The position numbers were made by a program, and so were the translations under genes. From contig NW_003314423.1 in assembly GCF_000143415.4 (NCBI RefSeq), positions 163,398 to 227,397 of the forward strand: a stretch of DNA of 64,000 nucleotides, written 5' to 3'. Source of the stretch: Selaginella moellendorffii. Taxonomy: Eukaryota; Plantae; Lycopodiophyta. The notes under the pieces were generated by a model. That model had not been told where the DNA came from and made no database searches. It saw only the letters and a program-made list of their open reading frames with translations. This document shows, piece by piece, positions 40,654-51,594 of this stretch; positions within the stretch are counted from its first letter, which is position 1; every line of letters starts with the position of its first letter.

Positions 40654-41313
40654 AAGCTCTATTTCGTTAAAGTGGGATTTATTCAGTAAAATGGGACTAG
40701 GTACAAATTTTCAAGTATTTGAAAATGACGTGAAATTATATGTTTTTTGTCCAGGGGCTAGACATATTTGGGGCATGGTGACTAGCGCGGTGACTTTGTG
40801 TCCAGACTGAGTCCATTTGGTTGTATAATAAATCTCATTGTTAAGGTGAACAAGCCGAATCTGAAGCTAAAGAAGAGCGATGGCATACGCGCACACACTA
40901 TTTGTTTGTTCATTGAGCGTGTGATGAGCTTTCCAAGATGAACGTCATTCCTATTAGCCAGACATATAACTTAATGGTGAGAACATTTAGATATTATTCA
41001 ATGTTATCTTTTTCTAACGAATCTAATTGTGAAGGTGTAGCAAGAGGCATTGCTAGTCTGGAGAAGTCATTTAACTCATTTGACCCTTAGTGTATTTTCA
41101 TGAAACTAAATAACATTCATATTATTAAGGAATTTCTCTAGTACCTTTTTTTTACGACATAGAGGCTTGCATTTCTTTCAAAGGTGATTTAGTAAAAGGC
41201 CTGAGGGCACATGCCATTCTATTTCTCAGACCGGTATTAAGATATACTAGTGCAAAGGGAAAAAGGTATTTGGTGATCAAGTAAATGGCATGAGGGCACA
41301 CGCCATTATAAGC

Positions 41314-41571
41314 CTAAGCGCTAGTGGACACCTCCTTTTTGGTACTCTCAGCGGTACTATCATCCTTCTCCGGGTCAGTTGTTTTGCTTTGGATTGTTGT
41401 CTCTGACGTTACTGGGGCGTTCTCGATAGTTGTTAATGTTGCCGTTTGTTCAGAAAAATGATCACCTGGAGTATAGTACGGGGAGTTTGGAAGACTTATA
41501 TATTCTACATCTTCACCTATCTCCTTCTCTGTCTCCTTTTTTGCCTCACTTACAGATTTTGTGCTTGCCAT
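41314..41571 (-). CDS. Small 'ISLPNSPYYTPG' accessory ORF of B
   Basis: Aligns along its length with the A1 ORF at 19414-19662 (ISLPxSPYYTPG, NAPVTxET, STAESTKK). Confidence 0.75.
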   Translation of the reverse strand: MASTKSVSEAKKETEKEIGEDVEYISLPNSPYYTPGDHFSEQTATLTTIENAPVTSETTIQSKTTDPEKDDSTAESTKKEVSTSA

Positions 41572-41778
41572 GAGAATGCTCTTCACCCTAAAATATGGAG
41601 TTTGTTGTGTTATAAAAGGAAACCAACACACACGCTGCAAGGGAATGATGGTACATAAAGCATGTAAGCCCACAATATGGGTTTATGTGCCATTAATATG
41701 GGCCACACGCCATATTATTAGATTTATGCACGTGTGATTGGTAAATGCATATGTCACATCATCTCAGGCCACATGCCA

Positions 41779-44700
41779 TCACGCCTCCTCTGATTCAGAT
41801 TCGGATTGTTCACCTTGAAATAAAATACATTAGAAACTTAGTAAAGGAATATTAATGAATCTCACCTTGAACCCGGGTTATGAATGCTCTTGCTGCATCT
41901 CTTGCATGGTCTGGCAAGGTGATGGTGGCACTCTGCTTCCGCATCCAACCATGCACAACATTATCCACTGATATGCTCATACTGGGATCCCTTGGATTCA
42001 GCACCCATCTCTTTTCTAGGCAATCCTTTGTATATCCGGAACTTGGCTTGAACCACTCCACAGTTACATTGAAGGAGTTAGTTTCCGCGTCCTCCTCTGC
42101 ATCAGTGATGCAGCGCCCCACCCATATCATTTGTTTTTTATTACTGGGTCTGACAAGCACGACCATTCCTTTGTAGACCTGTACTGGATTGAATGCTAAA
42201 TCCGGCTTCTTGTTCCTCGGCCCACAATAGTGATCCTCAACATCGTTATCTGTCACTGCATTTCCAGAGGACATTGTTCCGCTACTATCTGGTGCTCTGG
42301 GTTCTGGCCAAAAGGACTCTTCCAATTCTTCATATACAACCGGCCCATTTTGGATAGCAGATATAATCTTCTCCCAGTATTCGAGCAAAGGCTTGCACCT
42401 CTGAAAATAGGATTCTCCACCAAACACCAACCCCCTCTTCCAGAAGGCAATATGCTGTCTAATCCCGGCCACTATACTTTCCTGGTCTTTGAGTCCATTC
42501 GGGTGCATCGGCCGTGGGGAACCCTGAGGAATCATAGGTTCCCCAGTTATGGGATCTCTCTTGAAGAGTTTAATGCCGTCCACTAGCAGCCACACTGTGT
42601 CCCATTCTCTCATCTTGTACCTCATCACTGGAGCACCGTCACACATGCTGAAATGAAACTGAAGAGGCTTGGAGTGGCCAATCAGCGTTTCAGATCCGTC
42701 CCTGATGTAGCCTCTTACAAACCCCTTAAAGTCTGGAACCTCTGTCAGAAGTGCAGCTTCAACAGTGCCTTTGATGCAATTTTGGAATTCATCGTAGAGT
42801 TGTGGGAGGGTGAGGACATTGGATCGCCGGAGGGACTCTGCCAAGTGACTGAACATGGCATCGACGTCTTCATGAGTGTGCCCAACCATGAGAAAGCCAA
42901 GTGTAACCGTTTCAAATATGCCTTTGGCAACAAGCATCGCCAAGTACGCGAAGACGTACATGTTTTTGTTCTCACTGCCAGCATTGTCTGTTTGGAGCAA
43001 AAGATGGGGTGGAAGGCCACATCGGCCGCAAGAACTTCCTTGAGATTCTGCTTCGTTTGGATGAGGCTATGCATTCACCGGGCGACCAGCCTCGTCGGAA
43101 TGGCATGAGGCCTCACGTGATAACCCTACAATCTGACGGCCAACATATTCACTGGGATGGCATGGGGCCCCACGCGATACTGCAAGCCTTTGCTCCTCCT
43201 CCAGCTGAACCCTGTATGGGGTTCGATCGACAAGGGCCTTATGCAAGGGTTGGCCGTTCAGCTCAGTCTGCGCACTTTGCAGAGACCTTAAGTGTTTTGC
43301 TAAGGACACAATCATCATGTTTGCACCCCCGCCACCCCATAGAGGTACAAAGAAGTTCCCATAGTTCTGGGCACCATGCCCATGAGCGATTATGCCAAAC
43401 AGAGACACAGGCAGCTGCATGGATGAAGAGATTGCCTTGGGGGCAGGATTGAGTCGAGGTAAGCACGTCTTTTTCTGGTCCATTTTGTCGTGGATGATGC
43501 AGAGGTAAGAGTCAGGTCTCTCCATGGAGAGAATCCTATTATGATAATATGCAGTCCTGCAGCTTCTCTGCTCGATGTTGTGGTCGAGCCGCCTTCTAAC
43601 CAACGTCTCTCGCTCTTGAGCGCTGCAAGAATTCTTCGACAAAGCCATTTTGATAGCAGTGCACTCGTCACACTTTGAAAAGCTGGAGTACTTTCCTATA
43701 CTCACATCCCTGAACCTGTTGCTCCACAATCTACTAAATCTAGATTGGCTCAGCTTCCTGTAGCCATTACTTTAGAGTTCCCGATTCACATCTTCCAATA
43801 TGGCCCCCTTGGTATACATGGAAGGGAGAACTCGTTGGGTGTCTCGTGTTCCATCTTCCAAGAGGCGGGTTTTATGTGGTTGCTGCTCGCTACATGTCTC
43901 GACAAACCTCTTGAAGATTGCCTCTCCATATACAACATGACCCCTAGTTTTGTGCGTACCGTCGTTCCCATAGACTGCCTGTTGAACCCTTTGTTCCTCG
44001 AACTCAGTTTTGATTCTGTAGAATGTGGTTCGAGGGACTCCATAAATGATTCTTCATGCCTTCATGCAGACCAAACCCCTCTGGAAGACCATGCCCCCCA
44101 CCTGATATTCTGAAGCATCAACAGATGACCGTAATGCCTCATACACAAAATTGTGAGCTGCCTTCCAGGACAATGTCTTGTATCTTGCTCTCTCCTCTTC
44201 AATAGCATCCCAATCAGCATGTTGACAGCACCTCCTCTTGCAACAAGCAACTGTCGAGACCATTTGAACCTCCATCGCCATTTTCTGCCTTTTCGGTTCG
44301 TTGCTCAGATCCCTTTGGCTGCGCTTTAGGAAGGTGTACTTTCTTTTCCCATGAAGAGATGTTCTGTCATCAATTGTAGTGGTGTTTGATTGTGAATCCT
44401 TCACATTCTCAAACACTAAGTGCCTCAATTTCCACCGCACAATGCTTCCAATAGTCAGACTGTTTTCTTCTGTGTCAACAACCTCTAAAATCCCAACTCC
44501 AATATCATCCCAGCCCAATTCTTGATTAGCAACCGCATCTCTTGGATCGACAACTGTGGCTAAGCCCTCAGCTACCACCTCCCCCTCGGGGTTGTTTAGA
44601 AACACCTTCGCCTGAATCCATGTAGCACGGTTCTTAAGATCCACGGAGGGAACATGTGTCGCACTTGCGCTGTCCCCAACATCTGCTTTCTTCTGAAGAT

Positions 44701-44920
44701 TTTTCAAGGCAACAACAACATTTACCCCGACGACCATCTCTCCTCGTTCAATAGCGACCACATTCCCATCGAAGACAGTCTCTACTGATACAGCAGCATT
44801 GCCTTCCCTAAGCCTTTGACAGTGTATAACAAAGTTCCGATCCATAGACACAAGGGTCCCTTTTGCAACTCTCTTCCCACCATTCAAAATGTAAACCTTT
44901 TCCCCAACCCTGAAGGCCAT
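41779..44920 (-). pseudogene. Sola-like (DUF7869-type) DDD transposase with a few frameshifts
   Basis: FSKCDEC; IIHDKMDQKKT; LQTDNAGSENKN; FLMVGHTHEDVDAMFS. Introns at about 43067-43180 and 41816-41865. Confidence 0.8.
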
Positions 44921-46215
44921 TCTGAAAGTGCAGAAAAGAAGTTAAGACCATACAAAAAATGATTGAAGAATGGCCTAAATCATAACATACCAAACAACCT
45001 CAATAGCATGAGGCCACATGCCATTATTCAAACATGCTATTGACACCCACGTGAAATTTTGCATTCACAAAATTGGCATGAGCCCTCATGCCATCTTGAT
45101 ATATACACAGCTGCAGGCAAGTAAAAACATACATGACAATACGCTAGCCATGAAATTGCAAGGGCCCAAGATGGCATGTGGCCTCATGCCATTTCTAAAT
45201 GTGGTCCTAAGCCATTCCATGGTGAACATACCAGGAAGCACAAGTGCCGAATATCAAGAGGAAGCGGTAGCCACACCAAAGACAGTGCCGCTCGCAACAC
45301 CGCAACTACTTGTAGCGCCGCTCGCAACACCGCAACTGCTCGTAGCGCCGCTCACACAAACTGCCACTCGCATAAACTGCAGCCCGCAATGGCGCTCGCA
45401 ATGCTGCAACCGCTCGTAGACGCATAAACCACAGCCCACAACGCCGCTTACACAAGCAGCGGTCACTGCGCTCAGCGGAACCAAGAACACGGCGCACAAA
45501 AATGATAGACCTAGGAATGAGTTCGAGAATTCAAAAATAACACACGCTTGAATGTCACATCAAATCCTCTGACAAACCAGATCTTATGACTCCTCTGACA
45601 AATTTCAAACTGAGTAGCTTCTAGACTTTGCTGTCGGAGGTTGAACTTTGTCACATCATGTCCTTGCCTCGATCCAGCTGTGCCATGTCAGTGATTCGAA
45701 CTTTGCCATGTCATGTCAGCGATCCGCGCCAAGATTATTCGCCATGTAAAGGAATAATTATGCTGTGTGTGTACGTCCATTTATGGCAATATAAGGCCAC
45801 ATGCCATTCAAAGAATAATGCTAGTCGAGCATTTTTTGGTGCATTTTTGGGTTCAAAATTGCATGAGCCCACACGCTATAAAGTTTACCTGTACCAAAAA
45901 TAGAAACAGCTTTATTTACTTGGGAATTTAAGTGGTTGAGGCATTTTTAAACTTACAAACACATGCCCTACTTACATTCCTTTGGTTGCTTAAAATTCAA
46001 AAATATTATAAACCTTTCTTTTTGCATTTTCAATATTTTCAATTATGGTTTTTGATTTTCGCAGGACCAGCCTAGTAATCTATTTGCATCCCGTCATGTT
46101 TATAGCTAGCTTTCGTTTGTCCCCTTCGCTAGCCTGAGATACATCTGCTCGGCATCTGCCTCTTACAGCATTTGCCCAGAAAGGGCATCTTTCTTCACGC
46201 AGCATTTGCCACATG

Positions 46216-46248
46216 TTTAGGGTTTAGGGTTTAGGGTTTAGGGTTTAG
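46216..46248 (+). repeat. Interstitial plant telomere repeat (TTTAGGG)4 + TTTAG
   Basis: Directly visible. Lies in the divergent promoter region of B. Confidence 0.95.
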
Positions 46249-47828
46249 CAATTCAGTAGCTTGATAAACATGCAAATACAGAACTTGATGCAAAATCCTT
46301 TGATATGTCACAATGCCTATAGGACCATAAACACATTTCAATAGAGAGGGTCCTTTCATTTCAAAACTCCTTATGTAGATCTTGGTGAAACCAGAATTAG
46401 TGAAGTTAGTTTCTTGTGATCCCGCATCTGATTGTGATGTCCCTTTGCAGTGTCGATGGAAAGGTCAATGCACACCAAACTGTAAAATCTTGGAGCAAAA
46501 TAACGGTCGGATATATGGCAAATGCCCCTGAAACATTGTAAGGCTCGTGTGGTCTCATGTGGTGTCCGATCGAGATGCTTCTTTGCAGGGTCATCAAGAA
46601 AGGCATTGTATACCATTCTGTAAAATCTAGTTGCGATCTAACGGTTGGATCTCCAGAAAACTCAAAAAAATCTCGCGTGTGTCAGAATATCCTAGGAATA
46701 TACTCCTATGTGCCCCTGAAAATGGCATGCGGCCCCACGCCATTCAAGAGATAACGCCAGACGACGCCAAGAATTTTTTGGTGCATTTTTTGGGTTCAAA
46801 ATTGCATGAGCCCACACGCTATAAAGTTTATCTTTGCCAAATAGAGAAAAGTTTATCTGTGTCATGTGAGGTAGTTACAGTCCTTTGTGCTCGGCATCTG
46901 CCTCTTGCAGCATTTGCACTGAAAGGGAATTTTTCTCCATTCAGCATTTGGCCCTGAAAATGGCATGCGCCCACACGCCATTCAAGGAATAACGCCACAA
47001 GACGCCTGGATTTTTGGGTTTAAAATATTTAGGGTTTTTTGGGTTTTTTCAAAATATTTTGGGTCCAACGTTTTTTGGGTTTCTTTGGTTCAAAATTGCA
47101 TAAGCCCACACGCTATAATATTGATTTGAGAGAAAAATAGAAACAGATAGAATTTCTTTATTTAGCTGAACATCTGCCATTTTTGGAAATATAAGATGCT
47201 TTGGAATATCCAATCATGCATGGTATAAATATAGCGAGGGTATTAAATGATATCCCAATCATGATCTTTCTTTTGGATTTCGCGTGCATGCAGTCCGAGG
47301 AATGATGACGTTGCGGATTCTTTTGGATTTTGCGTGCTTGCATGCGCACGGCAATCCAGAAATTAATGGTGGCGCCCAAGTCCGAGGAATGATGACGTGG
47401 CGGGATTACGAACCGTTGTGACATTTCGCGCGTGTGAGGTTAGGTTTTGCATTGCTTCGTACTCGCGCTCGCGCTCACATCACACTCACGCTCCCGCTCG
47501 CATCGCGCTCCCACTCGCGATCACGCTCACTTCTCTACATGTTTCTCGTGTGCATCGGCATCCACTCGCGCTTGCATCACACTCGCGCTCGCATCGCGCT
47601 CGTGTGCATCGGCGTCCACTTCAAGACACACCCAGTTTGTAACTTCGCCGCCAACTCCGCCGCCCACTCCGCCACCCACACGCAGCCCACTTGGCGTCCC
47701 GGGAGATTTCAGCGCCACTCTCCAACTGTAAGTGGCAGAGTAGCCTTGCTGCTACGATCCGCTGCACACACAGTGCACATTCGCCAGCGAGTCTGGCCTC
47801 GATTGTCACGGCCTCCATTCGGCTTCAA

Positions 47829-50800
47829 ATGGTAAGTCTTTTAGGCCAAGTAGAAAATGGCATGAGGCCACATACCATTCAGTAGCAACATTGGCATGCA
47901 CCGATTGGGCTCTCGAGTGCAGTCCGGTTACAGATGGCGTGTAGCCTCACGCCATCTTAGGATACAGCCTTAAGACATCTGATGCAGTGGTGAATGGCGT
48001 GTGGCCTCACGTTATTTCCAGCTGCTAGCTTTTCATCTGTCAGCTCTAATTGTTGTGCATTTCTGAACAGGCGAGGAATTGCGTTCTTCTTCCAGGCACT
48101 GTCAATGTGGATGCAGAGAAGGGGGAGGAGCTCACCAGTTGGACTTTCGGGATGGAAGGCGAGGATTTGATGTTGTACAACACAGATGGTGGGAGAAAAG
48201 AATGCATGGGGATCCTCATCCAAGTGACAGACACTCCATGCAGTTCCATGCAAGAATATGGACTGGCACTTGTGGTAGAGACAGCGTCCGCCTTCAAGAT
48301 CCACCTTGCACATCCTAGCGGCTTCCCGGAGGGGGGCAGCGGCTATGAGGAATTCCTAGAGGGAGCTAGGGAGAGGTTGTCCAGGAGGCCCACAATTTCA
48401 AAGACGCTGCGGGTCTATGAAGATCACATGGAATCCACGGACCTCACCTACGGCGATGTTCAAAAACTATATTCCAACATTGAGCCGTTGAGAGTGCCTC
48501 CAGTTCGCGAAGCGAAGGGGAAGGGGGTCGATCTGGAAACTACCCCGAAGCAGAAAAGGGTGGTCAAGCTCAAGCCGACGTCCGACTCTGCTGCTCCAAA
48601 AAAGAAGCTACTCGGTGATGCCATTGCCTCGGGTTCGAACACTACACCCACCAAAAAAGAAGAGCCGCAAAGAGCAGAAAGAGCAAGAAGAGGCAGCAAA
48701 AATCGTCGCAGATAATAGTACTTGTTACTATTCCAACAAAGTATATACAATCGACGTGAGCCGTATCGACATCCAAAGCAAATACAACCACAGGCTAGTA
48801 TCTGATGAGTGGGTGGAGAAACTGAAGCAGAAGATGCTGGCAAGTCCAGTAACACCCGACATCGCAGACATGATCCCCTACTACCAAACAATGAAGGGCG
48901 AGACGAGGTTTCCAAACTTGATCAATAGGAAGGTGTTGGACGATCAGAACATCCGGTTCTATGCCGTCTCCGGGCAGCATTCTAGCTTGGCGATGCAAGA
49001 GATAGTTCTGGATATTATGGTGGGCGAGGAGGTGAAGAAAGTCTTCAAGACAAGAGTTGTCCGCCTGATAAAAGGCAACTCGCCCCTCCAATCTATCCAT
49101 CTCCCACGCGCAGAATGTCAAGCAAGAAACGTGCTACAAATCGGGTCTGCACGAGACATTGGCACAAACACGGAAGCTCTGGGTTCAACTGAAGAAGCCA
49201 CAAAAACCAGGACAAGGACGTGCACTAGCAACTAGCGCCTGGCAGGTAAGCCTCGTTGCATGTGGCATAGCATGTGGCCTCACGCCATTTCCATTGCAGG
49301 AATTCTCGAGTCTTCTCTCGAAAACACTGGGGGTCAATGACACACTCAGCATCCATAACATTCTACTCGCGACAAAAGTTGTTTTTGACAAATGGGTAGA
49401 TGTGCTGAGGAGGTACCATGACGGGGAGTTGCTAAACTCAATGGGTGTGGAGGACGGCCGGAAGCCCAATGATTTGAAGCTCAACGCCTTGCGTTTCTCG
49501 CGGTCTCTAGACGACGACGACCTTCTGACAATGGCTAATGCTCTTCTACGTGGTGAGGTAGTCTTCAACAAGACCAAAATGACTCCCGGCCATATTGTGA
49601 CATACGAGGACTTGCGCACGACTCTGAGAGCTCGTGCGCTATTGAAGGATTGGATCTTCGAGCAAGTGGCCGTGGAGAGGGTGAGCATCGACACCACGCA
49701 AGAGATGATGGAAGAGCTGGACCTGTCAAATGAAGACATTGACGAGTACGTGAAGGGGGCCCCCAAGTTCATCGATCTGCTGCGGGATGCCACGAAAAGT
49801 AAAGTTGAGAAGTTGGATCAGTATCCAAANNNNNNNNNNNNNNNNNNNNNNNNNNNNNNNNNNNNNNNNNNNNNNNNNNNNNNNNNNNNNNNNNNNNNNN
49901 NNNNNNNNNNNNNNNNNNNNNNNNNNNNNACCGGGTATACGTGAATTCGGATGAGGATCAAAGGTGGAGGAGCATCGTTTCCCGCGGAGATGAGCAGGTC
50001 AAGAACATCTTTTGTGTGATGGACTTCACAAACGAGGAGATCACTCATGCAGACGAAGTCAGCTCCATCATTGACTTAATGGTGGGACTTGCGGAGGTGG
50101 AATCTTCAGTCCACTATATGATCTACGACTCCGAATCCTATCACAAGTTCTGGAAGGCTTTGAACGAGGTGAAGGCTCGGTTGAAAGGCAAGGAGATGCG
50201 GGAGATCCATGGGATAATGGCTAAGAAGAAGATACCGACGAATGTCCGCATCTTCACAGTTGCCCTTGTTATTGGTCCTGCAGCAGAGTGGGACTGGAGT
50301 GACTTCCCAGCTTTGTTCAACAAAGCCGATCGAATTGATTTGAGGGAGGTCAATTTACCCGTGCCTGAGGAACTGAAGACGGCTATGGAGCTTTCGAATC
50401 CAAAGAAAGCTCCAGGTGCAGCATGGGAAATGCTCAGCTGGGTCTTCAACGCAATAGCGGGTGACTCCAAGGGCAAATGCGTTGTCGAGTACAACTGCGG
50501 CGGACTATTCTTTCGAGCCGCACTACTCAAGGGTGTCCCGTGTGTTGCGGTGACAAACTCCATTGAAGAGGTGACTTCAATGGAGCATATAATTACAGTT
50601 GCCAAAGAAAAATAGTATCTTCTCTGCGAACCTGGTGAGTACGCACTTTAAGTTTAAATGTTATCTCACAAGCTCTGTATGCAGGAGCGTGGCCACCCCT
50701 AGATGCTGAAACGGCGTTAACAGCTACTGATGTTAGGCCGAGCTCACAACCTGCACAAGGTAAGGTCACGTGAGGCCTCACGCCATTTTGATTATAGATC

Positions 50801-51594
50801 GTTGTGAATATTCAGACACGAGGACTGAAAAGCGCACTAGTGGCGCGTCGAAGAAGGACAAACAGACAAGCAATAGGAAAAAAGGAGGTACAAATTATAT
50901 TTGCAATGGCGTGTGGTCTCATGCCATTCCTTGCAGGAGACACTTCTTCAAAGGCAAAACAGGCAAGCACCAGTCAAGCTCAAACTGACAGTGGTCATAA
51001 AAAGCGAAAGCACGTTAGACAGTCGTCGGGATCAGAGGCGTTTGATTCGAAAAGGAAGAAGGGCAACAAAAAGATGATAGGTAATGCCTCGCGGTTATGG
51101 CGTGTGTGCTCATGCCATTCATTGCAGATCAAGGGCTGAGTGAAAGGAGCCAGTCACCACCTCCTGACTTAGATTCCTATGGCGGACTCCCCTTCCCCAA
51201 TCTCAATGGAGAGGTACAATGGATGAGGGATGCTTTTCAAGTCAGGGCCACGTTTTTCTCATCTCGTCGTCTTCGAAGGGTGCAAGAACGTGCAGAAACC
51301 ATGTTAAGACAATCGGGTGAGGATACGGTCCTAGGTCAAGCACTGAAACAGGCTATGGATGTCTTGTATTTTGAGATGGAGACTCGGCCAGATGATTTTC
51401 CCAAGATGGTCCTGGAAAAACAAGCCATCCAGCCTGAGCAGCCTATGGAAGAAATGCAGGAGGGGGATGAGGAGCCAGAGAAAGATAATGAGCAGGAAGA
51501 GCAGAAGGACGAAGAGGAGGACAAAGAAGAGGAGGACGAAGAAGAGGAGGATGAAGAAGAGGAGGACGAAGAGGACTTGGATGGTCCTCACAAT
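47829..51594 (+). pseudogene. B cargo gene, 5' part: ParB-like domain, degenerate MTase-like domain, acidic tract
   Basis: ATG|GTAAGT micro-exon at 47829 and acceptor at 48070. IDVSRI..NHRLVSDEWVEKLKQKM...FYAVSGQHSSLAM. WVFNAIAGDSKGKCVVEYNCGGLFFRAALLKGVPCVAV. Short introns at 49246-49299, 50635-50684, 50760-50815, 50888-50936, 51081-51127. Frameshifts and one stop. Confidence 0.65.

Larger units (their letters stand above)
33756..51118. promoter_or_regulatory. Dispersed 22-bp palindrome ATGGCRTG-N6-CAYGCCAT (about 24 copies, only in element B sequence)
   Basis: Examples at 34048, 35125, 35200, 41196, 41285, 43100, 43157, 45003, 45073, 45171, 45858, 46722, 46801, 46960, 47095, 47857, 47934, 47994, 49267, 50765, 50906, 51097. 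The regulatory role is inferred. Confidence 0.8.
40654..51594. mobile_element. Element B (Sola-like/DUF7869-type), right part, inverted
   Basis: Same 24-bp TIR at 40654-40677, preceded by CTCA (reverse complement of TSD TGAG). Confidence 0.85.

Noticed and set aside
33662-40677. A 7-kb element bounded by 24-bp direct repeats
   Set aside because: The TGAG/CTCA flanks and the restored reading frames show these are TIRs put into direct orientation by the later inversion.
46216-46248. A true chromosome end
   Set aside because: Only 33 bp long and internal to a transposon.
40654-51594. The 22-bp palindromes as a CRISPR array
   Set aside because: Spacing is irregular (tens to thousands of bp), the sites lie in introns, there are no cas genes, and the context is eukaryotic.
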